32,000 nt of DNA from Promethearchaeia archaeon (GTDB lineage Archaea; Asgardarchaeota; Lokiarchaeia; Sigyniarchaeales; SOKP01), in assembly GCA_046497275.1 (NCBI GenBank), contig JAWOFX010000061.1:30001-62000 (forward strand). The letters run 5' to 3'. The notes beneath the pieces were generated by a model, which was not told where the DNA came from, made no database searches, and was given only the letters and a program-made list of their open reading frames with translations. Made by a program: the position numbers and the translations under genes. Positions 1 through 9,171 of the stretch are shown here, piece after piece (the stretch's first letter is position 1; each line of letters opens with the position of its first letter).

Positions 1-172
1 TTTTACAAGAAGATTTCAATGCATAATCATTTTTTTGAGATCCTTCTGAATCTTCATCTAAGATTTTATCAATGTTTTGGATCATCTTCTCACTATTTTC
101 TATACACGCTCCACAAGAAGAGTTTTTTATAAAATGTGCACAAGTAAAACATTGAAGTTCATTCTGAGACAT
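1..172 (-). CDS. Partial Cys-rich small protein (CxxC-x8-CxxC), runs off the window start
   Basis: Manual translation from ATG at 172 gives MSQNELQCFTCAHFIKNSSCGACIENSEKMIQNIDKILDEDSEGSQKNDYALKSSCK..., open to the window edge. Not in the ORF track. Confidence 0.6.
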   Translation of the reverse strand, partial: MSQNELQCFTCAHFIKNSSCGACIENSEKMIQNIDKILDEDSEGSQKNDYALKSSCK

Positions 173-461
173 ATTTTTATATTTATTAATCGAAATTTAA
201 AATTTATAGTTTTTATCTATAAATATCAAAAGTAATTACAAATTGATAAATTTCAATGAGAGAATTTCAAATCAGAATTAAAAGATTAAGAAAGCTATAA
301 AAAAATTTTAATAGAGTTTCATAGGAATTCAATCAGAATATAATTTGTAGAAATATAAAATATTATAATTAAAAAATCAAGTTTAGTTTCGAATAAAATA
401 GAGAAATTTTTAAAATATATAATATTTCAAGATATTAAATAAACTGAATGGATTTATAATC

Positions 462-575
462 ATGAAAATACTTGTAAACATCAATAAGAGCAGCATAATG
501 CATTCAAATTGGGCGCTCTTAAAATCCTTAAGTTTATTGTTATATCTCTTAAACTTGTTTTTATTATTATTATAA
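462..575 (+). CDS. Candidate leucine-rich leader peptide (uORF) upstream of leuA, 37 aa; alternative start at ATG 498 (25 aa)
   Basis: Manual translation MKILVNINKSSIMHSNWALLKSLSLLLYLLNLFLLLL*. 14 Leu in total, 13 in the last 19 codons, ending TTA-TTA-TTA-TTA-TAA, 95 nt before the leuA start. Confidence 0.5.
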   Translation: MKILVNINKSSIMHSNWALLKSLSLLLYLLNLFLLLL

Positions 576-579
576 AAAA

Positions 580-633
580 CCTTCGGATGTTCTGTAAGGA
601 TAAAAAGTTCTAATTCCTATGAACAAAAGAAGG
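580..633 (+). promoter_or_regulatory. Irregular RNA hairpin between the uORF and leuA (candidate attenuator structure)
   Basis: Nested pairings read by eye: ccttc(580-584)/gaagg(629-633), tgttc(588-592)/gaaca(621-625), agga(597-600)/tcct(615-618). The 3' arm overlaps an AGGTGA motif at 631-636. Confidence 0.4.
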
Positions 634-670
634 TGATAAATATAAATTAATCACAAATAGGTAAATTAAA

Positions 671-2287
671 GTGACAGAAAAGGAAAATGAAGTAAATGTT
701 TCGATGATGATGGGAAAATTGAAGAAAAATCTAAATCTTCCTAAGAAAGCGTATTTCTTTGATACCACTCTTCGCGATGGAGAGCAAACTCCCGGAATTA
801 GTTTTACTCATGAAGAAAAGCTTTCTATTGCTCAAGCTCTCGATAAATTAGGGATAGATGTTATTGAAGCTGGCTTTCCTGTTATTTCTGAAGGAGATTT
901 TGCAGCTTGTAAAGATATTGCAAAATTAGGATTGAATTCTGAGGTGATTGGTCTAGCTCGCTTGAAAAAATTAGATATTGATAAAGTAATTGACGCAGAT
1001 ATGGATAGCATCCATGTATTTATTGCCACTTCAGACCTTCATATGGATAAAAAATTGAATATGACACGACAAGAAGTCTTGGATAGTATTGAAAACTATG
1101 TTACCTACTCGAAAGAACATTTTGATACTGTGCTATTTTCTGCTGAAGATGCTACGCGATCTGATTTAGATTTCTTGATAAAAGCGAATCAAATTGCTGT
1201 TGAGAATGGAGCAACTCGTATTAATATCCCAGACACAGTTGGAACCATAAGCCCATACGCGTTTGGATACATTGTAAGAAAAAATTATAACGTATTACCA
1301 AAAAATGTACGAATTGCTGTACACTGTCATAATGATTTTGGGCTTGCAGTTGCTAATACAATAGCTGGATTCGAAAATGGTGCTTCAGAAGCACAAATAA
1401 CGATTATGGGATTAGGGGAACGCGCAGGAAATGCTTCATTTGAAGAGACAGCAATGTCTTTGTGTGCTTTATATCAAATTCCAATGAATATAAATTCCAG
1501 ATTAATTTTCCCAACTGCTAAGCTGGTTGAAAGTTACTGTGGAGGAAAAATTAGAATAGGAAGATTAAAACCATTGATCGGTCAGAATGCATTCGCACAC
1601 GAATCTGGAATCCATGCACATGCTATGATACAAGATGCCAGAGCATACGAGCCAATTACACCTGAATTGATAGGAATTAAACGAACGGACGATGTTGAGC
1701 AAATTATAAAAAATTCGATTAGATTGGGAAAACATTCAGGAGGGCATGCGCTCAAAGCAAAATTAAAAGATTTAGTTATTCAAACTACTGGAGATCAGTT
1801 TAAAAAAATCTTCGAGCATGTGAAAAGTTTTGGAGATAAGGGGCATGAAGTTCAAGAAGAGGATTTTTTAGCAATTGTAAAAGATGTGATGGGGGAATTA
1901 CCGAAAAAGGAGCAATTTGTAATTCTGGATGAACTTACTGTTTTAACAGGATCTGTTACCCCCACTTCTACTGTTCGTTTGAAAATACGAAATAATGGAA
2001 ATTTCATAACTCGCACAGCGTCTTCTATTGGAGTTGGTCCAGTAGACGCTTCTATGAAAGCGATCGTAAAATGTTTCCAACCAATGAATAAAGTTCAGCT
2101 TTTAGATTATAATATTGACGCGGTCACCGGAGGAACTGAGGCTCTCGGACATGTTTCCATAGAATTAATGGATTTAGAAACAAATTATATAGTGAGCTCA
2201 AATGCGACTCATGAGGATATTGTTATGAGTTCAGTTTTGGCACTTCTTAAAGGATTGAACAAACTCGTGAAAGAGAAGAATAAATAA
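671..2287 (+). CDS. leuA: 2-isopropylmalate synthase / citramalate synthase family (DRE-TIM metallolyase with C-terminal regulatory domain)
   Basis: DTTLRDGEQTPG, HCHNDFG, GLGERAGN, HESGIH and GKHSG motifs, plus the C-terminal GVGPVDA...GGTEALG regulatory domain. LeuA and CimA cannot be separated by eye; the Leu-rich uORF favours LeuA. Confidence 0.85.
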   Translation: MTEKENEVNVSMMMGKLKKNLNLPKKAYFFDTTLRDGEQTPGISFTHEEKLSIAQALDKLGIDVIEAGFPVISEGDFAACKDIAKLGLNSEVIGLARLKKLDIDKVIDADMDSIHVFIATSDLHMDKKLNMTRQEVLDSIENYVTYSKEHFDTVLFSAEDATRSDLDFLIKANQIAVENGATRINIPDTVGTISPYAFGYIVRKNYNVLPKNVRIAVHCHNDFGLAVANTIAGFENGASEAQITIMGLGERAGNASFEETAMSLCALYQIPMNINSRLIFPTAKLVESYCGGKIRIGRLKPLIGQNAFAHESGIHAHAMIQDARAYEPITPELIGIKRTDDVEQIIKNSIRLGKHSGGHALKAKLKDLVIQTTGDQFKKIFEHVKSFGDKGHEVQEEDFLAIVKDVMGELPKKEQFVILDELTVLTGSVTPTSTVRLKIRNNGNFITRTASSIGVGPVDASMKAIVKCFQPMNKVQLLDYNIDAVTGGTEALGHVSIELMDLETNYIVSSNATHEDIVMSSVLALLKGLNKLVKEKNK

Positions 2288-2398
2288 TTTTATTGATTAA
2301 TAATTATTTTTTTGAGAGTTTTTAAATAATATTTCAAATATTGGGCTATAAAAGATATTAATTAAATATAAATCACATTTCTATTAAGAAAAAGGTAA

Positions 2399-2530
2399 AT
2401 GAAAAAAATGTTTGGTAAAAAGGAAGAACCATTAGAAATAGATCGTGAAACCTGGGAAAGATTAAGAGAATTTAGGAAAACGGGATTTAAAGAAAAATAT
2501 AAAGAAGTAGAAAATTATTCTGAATTATAG
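2399..2530 (+). CDS. Small 43-aa protein, possibly a ribbon-helix-helix-like fragment
   Basis: Manual translation MKKMFGKKEEPLEIDRETWERLREFRKTGFKEKYKEVENYSEL*, preceded by AAAGGT. The LEIDRETWERL segment resembles archaeal RHH starts. Confidence 0.4.
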   Translation: MKKMFGKKEEPLEIDRETWERLREFRKTGFKEKYKEVENYSEL

Positions 2531-2662
2531 TTAGAATTTTTAATACCCCTCAGAAAATTTGGGTTATTTTTTCTTAGATTCTCTAACTTAATATATTTGT
2601 AATTAATACTTTTCCTCAATAATTCTACATAAAATTATAATAAGAATCTCATAGAAATTTTT

Positions 2663-3571
2663 TTAAGCTTTTTTTGAGGATTTTATGTTTAAATCCATAA
2701 CATGGTTTTTAACAGTTATATAGATAAAAAACATCCAGATTATTAATCCAATATGTAATACATCATTTTCAGAGAACCAAATCCCTCCATCCCATAGGAT
2801 TTCAGTTATCCCTAGTAGATAATACAAGAAATAGATTCCTATAATAAAAATCAAAGAGATCCATATTATGATCAGATTCCGTTCCATTCGATTTCTTTTT
2901 GAATAATATCTCCAAATACTCCAAACTAAAAAGAAACCAATATTTGGACTTAAAAAGAGCACCATTAATTCAAACGAAATCAAAAACCTTACAGGGATAA
3001 AAGCACCACTTAAAATTATAGTGCTATATGTGAGGAAGTGACCTATAATATATATCAAAAATAGTTTTCGATATTTATTATTAACACTGGAGTGTAATTG
3101 GGCAATAAACATAGCATCAACACTTCCTACCGAAAGAATAAGATATATTATTTCATACCAGCTTGTCCAAATACATAAGCTATTACCAGCACATTTAATT
3201 TCATAACTAAATGCTTGATAACTCGTACCGGCAAATAAAGCTCCTAAACCCCATAAAATTAATGCAATACTCCACCAAAAGTGCGTAATCTGTTTTTTTC
3301 TGTCGAAAGACAGAATTATCCCAATAATAAGGGTTTGAAATCCAAGAAAATATACAATTAATGAAGAAGTTGGTTGAACTAAAGTTATTGAAATTCCAAA
3401 TAAATTAATGGTTAAACAAGGCTGAACTTGACACCATTGCTCTGGTGTTATTAAAGGTTCATATAGTAACTCTTGGAGGTGAACTCCAAATATTAAGCCC
3501 CAAATTATTAAAAAAGTGAGAAACCCCAAGAGAGCGAAGAAAATTCTAAGTTTTTGATTTCGATCCGTCAT
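2663..3571 (-). CDS. Uncharacterised polytopic membrane protein (about 7-8 TM)
   Basis: Alternating hydrophobic segments and a late SENDVLH motif. It starts 41 nt downstream of the aminotransferase on the same strand. Confidence 0.7.
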   Translation of the reverse strand: MTDRNQKLRIFFALLGFLTFLIIWGLIFGVHLQELLYEPLITPEQWCQVQPCLTINLFGISITLVQPTSSLIVYFLGFQTLIIGIILSFDRKKQITHFWWSIALILWGLGALFAGTSYQAFSYEIKCAGNSLCIWTSWYEIIYLILSVGSVDAMFIAQLHSSVNNKYRKLFLIYIIGHFLTYSTIILSGAFIPVRFLISFELMVLFLSPNIGFFLVWSIWRYYSKRNRMERNLIIIWISLIFIIGIYFLYYLLGITEILWDGGIWFSENDVLHIGLIIWMFFIYITVKNHVMDLNIKSSKKA

Positions 3572-3612
3572 TATTTTTATAATTTTTTGAATTAGATTTT
3601 AAGTGTTAAAAT

Positions 3613-4806
3613 TCACTGTAAAAAATCTTCTATTAAATCATACACTTCTTCAAGAATCTCTAAATCTGGCAAAAATGTTAATCTGAAATGTCCCTTACCA
3701 TATGACCCAAATCCAGATCCATATACACCACATACTCCTGTTTCTTTTAATAAATCTATTACGAATTCTTTATCGTTCTTCCATTTTTTAAATTCACCTA
3801 ATTGAATTTTAGGGAATAAATAAAAGGTTCCATCCGCATTAATGCAATTTAAACCTTCGATTTGTCGAAGACGTTTATAGGAATAGTCTCTCCTTCTTTT
3901 AAGATTGCTTACCATTGTTTCTGTATGGGGACCAGGATTCTTAAGTGCTTCAATAGCAGCATATTGTGCTATCGAATTTGCACAAAGCCTTGCTCTAGCC
4001 ATTTTCTCGATTCCTGCTTTTAATTCCTGTAATTGTGCTGTTGGATCAAAAAAATACATATACCCCAATCTCCAACCTGTTGCTAAATGCGCCTTAGAAA
4101 ATCCATTTAATCCAATTATGGGAACATCCTTACTAAGGGTTGCAGGGCAATTGTATTGTTTTTCGAAAACGATTTGATCATAAATTTCATCAGAAATTAC
4201 AGGAAGATTATATTCTCCAGCTATATTAATAATTTCTTTAACCTTCTTGATATCATATAGAACACCAGTAGGATTATTGGGAGAACTTATTAAAATAGCG
4301 GTAGTTTTACTAGTAATTTTATTTCTTAAATCATCGATGTCAGGTTCCCAGTCATTCTCTTCATCTAATTGATATTCAATTGGATTTCCATCGAAAAATT
4401 TTGCATAATTTATATAGATGGGATAAGCTGGTCCTGGTATCAATATTTCATTTTTATTTTCCAGCAATCCAGCTAAAAGAAAGAATATTCCCTCTGTTAC
4501 CCCGCTTGTAATTAAAATATCATCTGGTTTAATATCAATATCATTTTTCGATTTTTCATAGCGACAGACTTCCTCTCTTAATTCTGGGACTCCTAAAGAA
4601 TCAACGTAAAAGTTTTGACCCGCAAATGTAACATCTGATAAGGCTTGTGATATATAATGAGGGGTCTTAAAGTCGTAAATTACTGGATCACCAATATTCA
4701 AATGATATATTTTCTTTCCAGTTTTTTTTACTTCATTAGCAACAACAGTAATATCACGTATAGCGTATTCCAAATCTTGTAGGCGCCTTGAAACCATTTT
4801 ATCCAC
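3613..4806 (-). CDS. PLP-dependent class I/II aminotransferase, alanine aminotransferase-like
   Basis: EYAIRD N-terminus, LNIGDP, SPNNPTG, SDEIYD, and NGFSK with the PLP lysine followed by GWRLG. Confidence 0.9.
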   Translation of the reverse strand: MDKMVSRRLQDLEYAIRDITVVANEVKKTGKKIYHLNIGDPVIYDFKTPHYISQALSDVTFAGQNFYVDSLGVPELREEVCRYEKSKNDIDIKPDDILITSGVTEGIFFLLAGLLENKNEILIPGPAYPIYINYAKFFDGNPIEYQLDEENDWEPDIDDLRNKITSKTTAILISSPNNPTGVLYDIKKVKEIINIAGEYNLPVISDEIYDQIVFEKQYNCPATLSKDVPIIGLNGFSKAHLATGWRLGYMYFFDPTAQLQELKAGIEKMARARLCANSIAQYAAIEALKNPGPHTETMVSNLKRRRDYSYKRLRQIEGLNCINADGTFYLFPKIQLGEFKKWKNDKEFVIDLLKETGVCGVYGSGFGSYGKGHFRLTFLPDLEILEEVYDLIEDFLQ

Positions 4807-5056
4807 GAAACGTATATAATAAGATAATTATTGGATAAAAAAATATTTTAAAACTAAATAAGCTTATTATTAAGGAAAGAGTTTTGAGAGAATCTTATTA
4901 AATCTTGGTCACTTCTTTTATAGTTTTTGACCCGATATTGATTTCTGAAGTTTTTTTATACTGTATTATAGAAAATTTCTCGCTATAATTAGAAAGAAAC
5001 AATTATATAGTTCGAGAAAAAATATAGAAATAATAAATAAATATTGGTGAGAAAAA

Positions 5057-6844
5057 ATGGCGAAAGTAAATGGTGCACAATTAATAGTTCGTGCTTTAAG
5101 TAATCAAGGTGTTAAAGTAATTTTTACATTATGTGGAGATAATGATTTAATCTACAATTATTGCCAAGATAAAGAATGTACTGAAACAGGGATTGATTTA
5201 ATAGACTTCAGACATGAACAAGCCACTGGTCATGCTGCTATGGGATATTATTTAGCTACGGGAGATGTTGGTGTATGTTCTACGCAATCTGGACCTGGTA
5301 TTACAGATCTATTCCCCGCAATTCCTATAGCATGGGACTCTAGTATACCATTAGTTGCTATTTGTACTACAACGGCTATGATGGAATTTGAAAAATTAGC
5401 TATGAATGAGATAGATGTCGCTCCAGCGTTTCGATCGATAACAAAATGGACGGGATATTGTTATGAAACTTGCAGGTTACCAGAATATGTAAATATGGCA
5501 TTCAGAATAGCTACTACTGGAAGACCAGGGCCAGTTCTCCTTTTAGTCCCATTTGATGTTATAATAAAAGAAACGGACGATAAACTAGATATTGTAAAAC
5601 AAGCTTTTAGACCCAAAAAAATGTTGAGGGCAATGCACGCTCCTTATGGAAATCAAAAGATGATTGAAAAAGCAATTAACTTACTTTTAAACGCTGAAAG
5701 TCCCTTAATTATCGCAGGATCAGGTGCGGGTTTTTCTAATTGCAAACAAGAATTAGTTGAATTTGCAGAATTGACTAAAATTCCTGTAGGTGTTTGGGGT
5801 TTCGGGCTAGGGGCATTTCCACCTGAGCATCCCTTATATTTTGGATTAGCAAATCCTCTTGATGGACCAGGAACAGCATTACTTCAAAAGGTAGATGTCG
5901 CCTTATTATTAGGTGCAAGAATAACGGCTATGTTTAACTTTGGTTATATGCCTTGCTTTTCAGATAGAGCAAAATTAATTCAAGTTGATATAGAAGCTGA
6001 AGAAATTGGACGGAACCGCGGAATTGATGTTCCTATAGTCGGAGATGTTAAAAATGTTGTGACCCAAATGGTCGAGCAAGCGAAATCGGTTACTGAAGGC
6101 CAAAGAAGTGAAACTGACTGGAACCAGATCATAAGAGAAGAATTAGAGAAATTCTATAAGAGAATTGAAAAAGATGGATCCTCTGATAAAGTTCCAATAA
6201 TGCCTCAAAGACTTGTGAAGGAAATTTCTGAATTTATGCCAAAAGATGGATATATTATTTTGGATGGTGGAGATACAACAGTGTGGGGGTTAACGATGTT
6301 AAAATCTTATTTCCCAAGATCTGTTTATTTTTCCGGCGGTTTAGGAATACAACATCTTGGTGGGGGAATTCCTGCTGCTATAGCTACGAAATATGCCCAT
6401 CCAGAAAAGAAAGTCTTGGTATTAACTGGCGATGGGTCCTTTCTTTTTAACGGAAAAGAGCTTGATACAGCTAGAAGATATGATCTTCCTTTTGTAGTTG
6501 TTATCTCAAATGATAGACTTTGGGGTATGGTCGCAAGGGGTCAGAAGATTGCTCATGGTCGAAAATACTTTGGACTAGGCTCATCGTTAAGCGATGAAAC
6601 CAGATATGATAAATATGCAGAGGCGTTCAATTGCTATGGAGAACTAATTAAGGACCCCAACGAGATTAAATCTGCACTGGAAAGAGCCTTCAATGCTAAA
6701 ATCCCTGCTGTTTTAGATGTCCGTGTTAATCCAAAAGTAAATACAGTTATGGATTATTTAGCTGGCGGTTCATATAATCCTGATAATTGGAAACGGGAAG
6801 TTAAGGAGGAGAAGGATGAAATTACATTAGAAATTTCAAAATAA
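5057..6844 (+). CDS. Thiamine pyrophosphate enzyme, acetolactate synthase large-subunit-like / 2-hydroxyacyl-CoA lyase-like
   Basis: RHEQ, SGPG, GRPGPV, and the TPP motif GDGSFLFN...ND..WGM. GGTGAG SD-like sequence upstream. Confidence 0.9.
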   Translation: MAKVNGAQLIVRALSNQGVKVIFTLCGDNDLIYNYCQDKECTETGIDLIDFRHEQATGHAAMGYYLATGDVGVCSTQSGPGITDLFPAIPIAWDSSIPLVAICTTTAMMEFEKLAMNEIDVAPAFRSITKWTGYCYETCRLPEYVNMAFRIATTGRPGPVLLLVPFDVIIKETDDKLDIVKQAFRPKKMLRAMHAPYGNQKMIEKAINLLLNAESPLIIAGSGAGFSNCKQELVEFAELTKIPVGVWGFGLGAFPPEHPLYFGLANPLDGPGTALLQKVDVALLLGARITAMFNFGYMPCFSDRAKLIQVDIEAEEIGRNRGIDVPIVGDVKNVVTQMVEQAKSVTEGQRSETDWNQIIREELEKFYKRIEKDGSSDKVPIMPQRLVKEISEFMPKDGYIILDGGDTTVWGLTMLKSYFPRSVYFSGGLGIQHLGGGIPAAIATKYAHPEKKVLVLTGDGSFLFNGKELDTARRYDLPFVVVISNDRLWGMVARGQKIAHGRKYFGLGSSLSDETRYDKYAEAFNCYGELIKDPNEIKSALERAFNAKIPAVLDVRVNPKVNTVMDYLAGGSYNPDNWKREVKEEKDEITLEISK

Positions 6845-6849
6845 TACCC

Positions 6850-6858
6850 TTTTTTTTT
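6850..6858 (+). terminator. Oligo-T archaeal-type terminator candidate
   Basis: T9 run 5 nt after the TPP-enzyme stop codon, in a convergent intergenic region. Confidence 0.5.
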
Positions 6859-7000
6859 AATTTTAAATAATTCAAATATTAGTAAATATTAGTGGAGAGA
6901 ATTACGATTGATTAAATTGTAGAAAGGATTGAGTTGAATATAATATTATATTCTCTCTGGATAAAGAGGAACTTTTTAACTTTAATTTATGAGTTTTTTA

Positions 7001-7750
7001 TTAGATGTATAGTTTATCAATTCGAATTTTTAATTTCTTTTCTTTTAAACTTGAAATACTCAAAAAAGAAGCATTAGGAATTTCTAAAGCTTTAGAATTG
7101 AGAGGGGTGGTACTGATCATAACTCTATTTGCCCCCTTTTGTATGAATAAGGTTGTATGTCGTCCATTAAAAGTATTTTTTTGATATTTGATTATGTAAC
7201 ATTCTTTTGAGTTGAAAAGAAAAGCATTTGCGGCACTATTTACATGGATCTTTTTTAATGTTGTCTCTATTGCGTCTTTTATATTATTCTGATTTATAAT
7301 ATTGTCCAATAACGTACAAAGATATCTTCTTGTATCTAAATCAGTATTTTCTTTGATTTTTTGAAGATATAATCGGTTTAAAGGAGGAAAGGACTTCATC
7401 TTAATTGTTCCATTATGAACAATACAGAATCTATCTCCTAGGCATATTGGATGAACGTTTTCGAGTCTCTTTTCCCCAAAAATCGTTTTTCTTGCGTGAA
7501 TTAGAAGAAATCGCGTTTTTATATTTGCCAAATCTTGCCATTTGCAATTATAAATCGGTTCTAAAGTCCTTCTTATTACTAAATTATTAGAATTATTGGG
7601 AATATATGCTAATCCCCATCCGGCTCCATGATGACCCACTACATCATATTTTTTTAGATAATCCCAATGGCATGATTGAATGAATTTTTTTAAGGATTCA
7701 ATAGAAATGCAGATAGGTTGACTGGAGTAATTAATGAGCATTCGGCACAT
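7001..7750 (-). CDS. Class II glutamine amidotransferase (Ntn) family, YafJ/EgtC-like
   Basis: N-terminal MCRM (Cys2 nucleophile), GWG, HAR and HNG motifs. Confidence 0.8.
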   Translation of the reverse strand: MCRMLINYSSQPICISIESLKKFIQSCHWDYLKKYDVVGHHGAGWGLAYIPNNSNNLVIRRTLEPIYNCKWQDLANIKTRFLLIHARKTIFGEKRLENVHPICLGDRFCIVHNGTIKMKSFPPLNRLYLQKIKENTDLDTRRYLCTLLDNIINQNNIKDAIETTLKKIHVNSAANAFLFNSKECYIIKYQKNTFNGRHTTLFIQKGANRVMISTTPLNSKALEIPNASFLSISSLKEKKLKIRIDKLYI

Positions 7751-7768
7751 ATTTCTAGTAAATTCAAA

Positions 7769-9046
7769 TTATTTAATCTTACTCAAATCAATTCCTTTTG
7801 TTTCTTTTATATATTTATAGATTATTGGAAGATTGATCAATAAAAGCAAGCTAAGAATGATAAAAGATATTTCTAAACTGAAGAAAAAAGTAATAAACCC
7901 ATTCAGGATCAATCCAAGAGTAATTCCAAAGGCACTTAATAACGATTTCAATCCGCTTCCGGTACCTCGTACGTCTGTAGGAACAATTTCAACTACAACT
8001 AGCCTTATAGCGACTCCGATACCCCAATATGAAACATTAGCAAGAGCAGCACCAATAGCAACAGGTATTATAGCCAAGGTTTCTAATCTGCTTCCAATTA
8101 TAACGGTAAATATTGAGATGATAAATAAAATGGAATAAAGATAAAATAACGGTTTTCTCCCTACCTTATCAGCGAAAACACCTGTAAAAATATACCCAAG
8201 AATAACTGCAAAACTCATCACTAAGACGATAATATTAATATCTCCCTCACTTAAGTTTGGGCTTCTATTAATGTATTCTTCTCCTAATGAAACAAAAATA
8301 TAATTAAATCCCACTAGAATAGTGATTATCATTAAGGCAATGAATTGTTTTTTTCTTTCAGAAGAAAAAATAGTTTTTAAATTGTTTTTTAAAATATTGG
8401 TTTGAAGTGAAACTTCTTCAATTTTATATTCTTCATATTTTGAGGTTTCTTTAAATGTAAAAAAGATAATTATGCTTAATGGTATCCCCAAGATAGCTGA
8501 AAAAAGAGGCATACCTCGCCAATTTGAGGATGTATCAGAAATAAAAATAGATCTAAATACGGGCAATAATATTGAACCCGTGACACCTCCAATTAATACT
8601 AAATTGGTCAATCTACCACGTTTATCTGCGGGGCTCTCTTCATTAATATAAATTACCCAAATATCGGAGCTAAAAAAAAGATATAAAAGAAATAAATATA
8701 TCGTATAATCGAAAATACTTGTTGAGAAAATTGTTAGGAGGGAAAATAGACCCATTCCGAGCACTGTGGTTGCTAATAAAATTTTTCTTCCGAATCTATC
8801 AGCTAGCAATTGATTAAAGAAAACAAAATACATTCCTATAGAAGCTATTGCTATGCAGATGGAGTAAATACCCGCTCCAGCGTCTTCAGAGAATCCTGAT
8901 AGAAACTCCTCAATTATTTTTGATGGAATAACATTTGGAAAGTTAGTAGTATAAGTGTCTAATATTTCTACAAACATTAGGACAATTATCAAATATATAA
9001 GGTAAGTTTTTGAGCGTGAGAAATTCCTCTTATTATTTTTATTCAT
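7769..9046 (-). CDS. MFS transporter (sugar-porter-like)
   Basis: About 12 hydrophobic segments; ADRFGRK and ADKVGRK loop motifs; EESP...RG; ETKG C-terminus. Confidence 0.9.
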   Translation of the reverse strand: MNKNNKRNFSRSKTYLIYLIIVLMFVEILDTYTTNFPNVIPSKIIEEFLSGFSEDAGAGIYSICIAIASIGMYFVFFNQLLADRFGRKILLATTVLGMGLFSLLTIFSTSIFDYTIYLFLLYLFFSSDIWVIYINEESPADKRGRLTNLVLIGGVTGSILLPVFRSIFISDTSSNWRGMPLFSAILGIPLSIIIFFTFKETSKYEEYKIEEVSLQTNILKNNLKTIFSSERKKQFIALMIITILVGFNYIFVSLGEEYINRSPNLSEGDINIIVLVMSFAVILGYIFTGVFADKVGRKPLFYLYSILFIISIFTVIIGSRLETLAIIPVAIGAALANVSYWGIGVAIRLVVVEIVPTDVRGTGSGLKSLLSAFGITLGLILNGFITFFFSLEISFIILSLLLLINLPIIYKYIKETKGIDLSKIK

Positions 9047-9171
9047 ATATACTTATTTTTTCTAAAAATATTTAAGATTTATATTTAGCTTAAAATTGAA
9101 AAAAACTTATTTAATCTTTAATAAAATATTAACAATATAGAAAGCAATTTTAAATAGATTTTATTTTTTCA

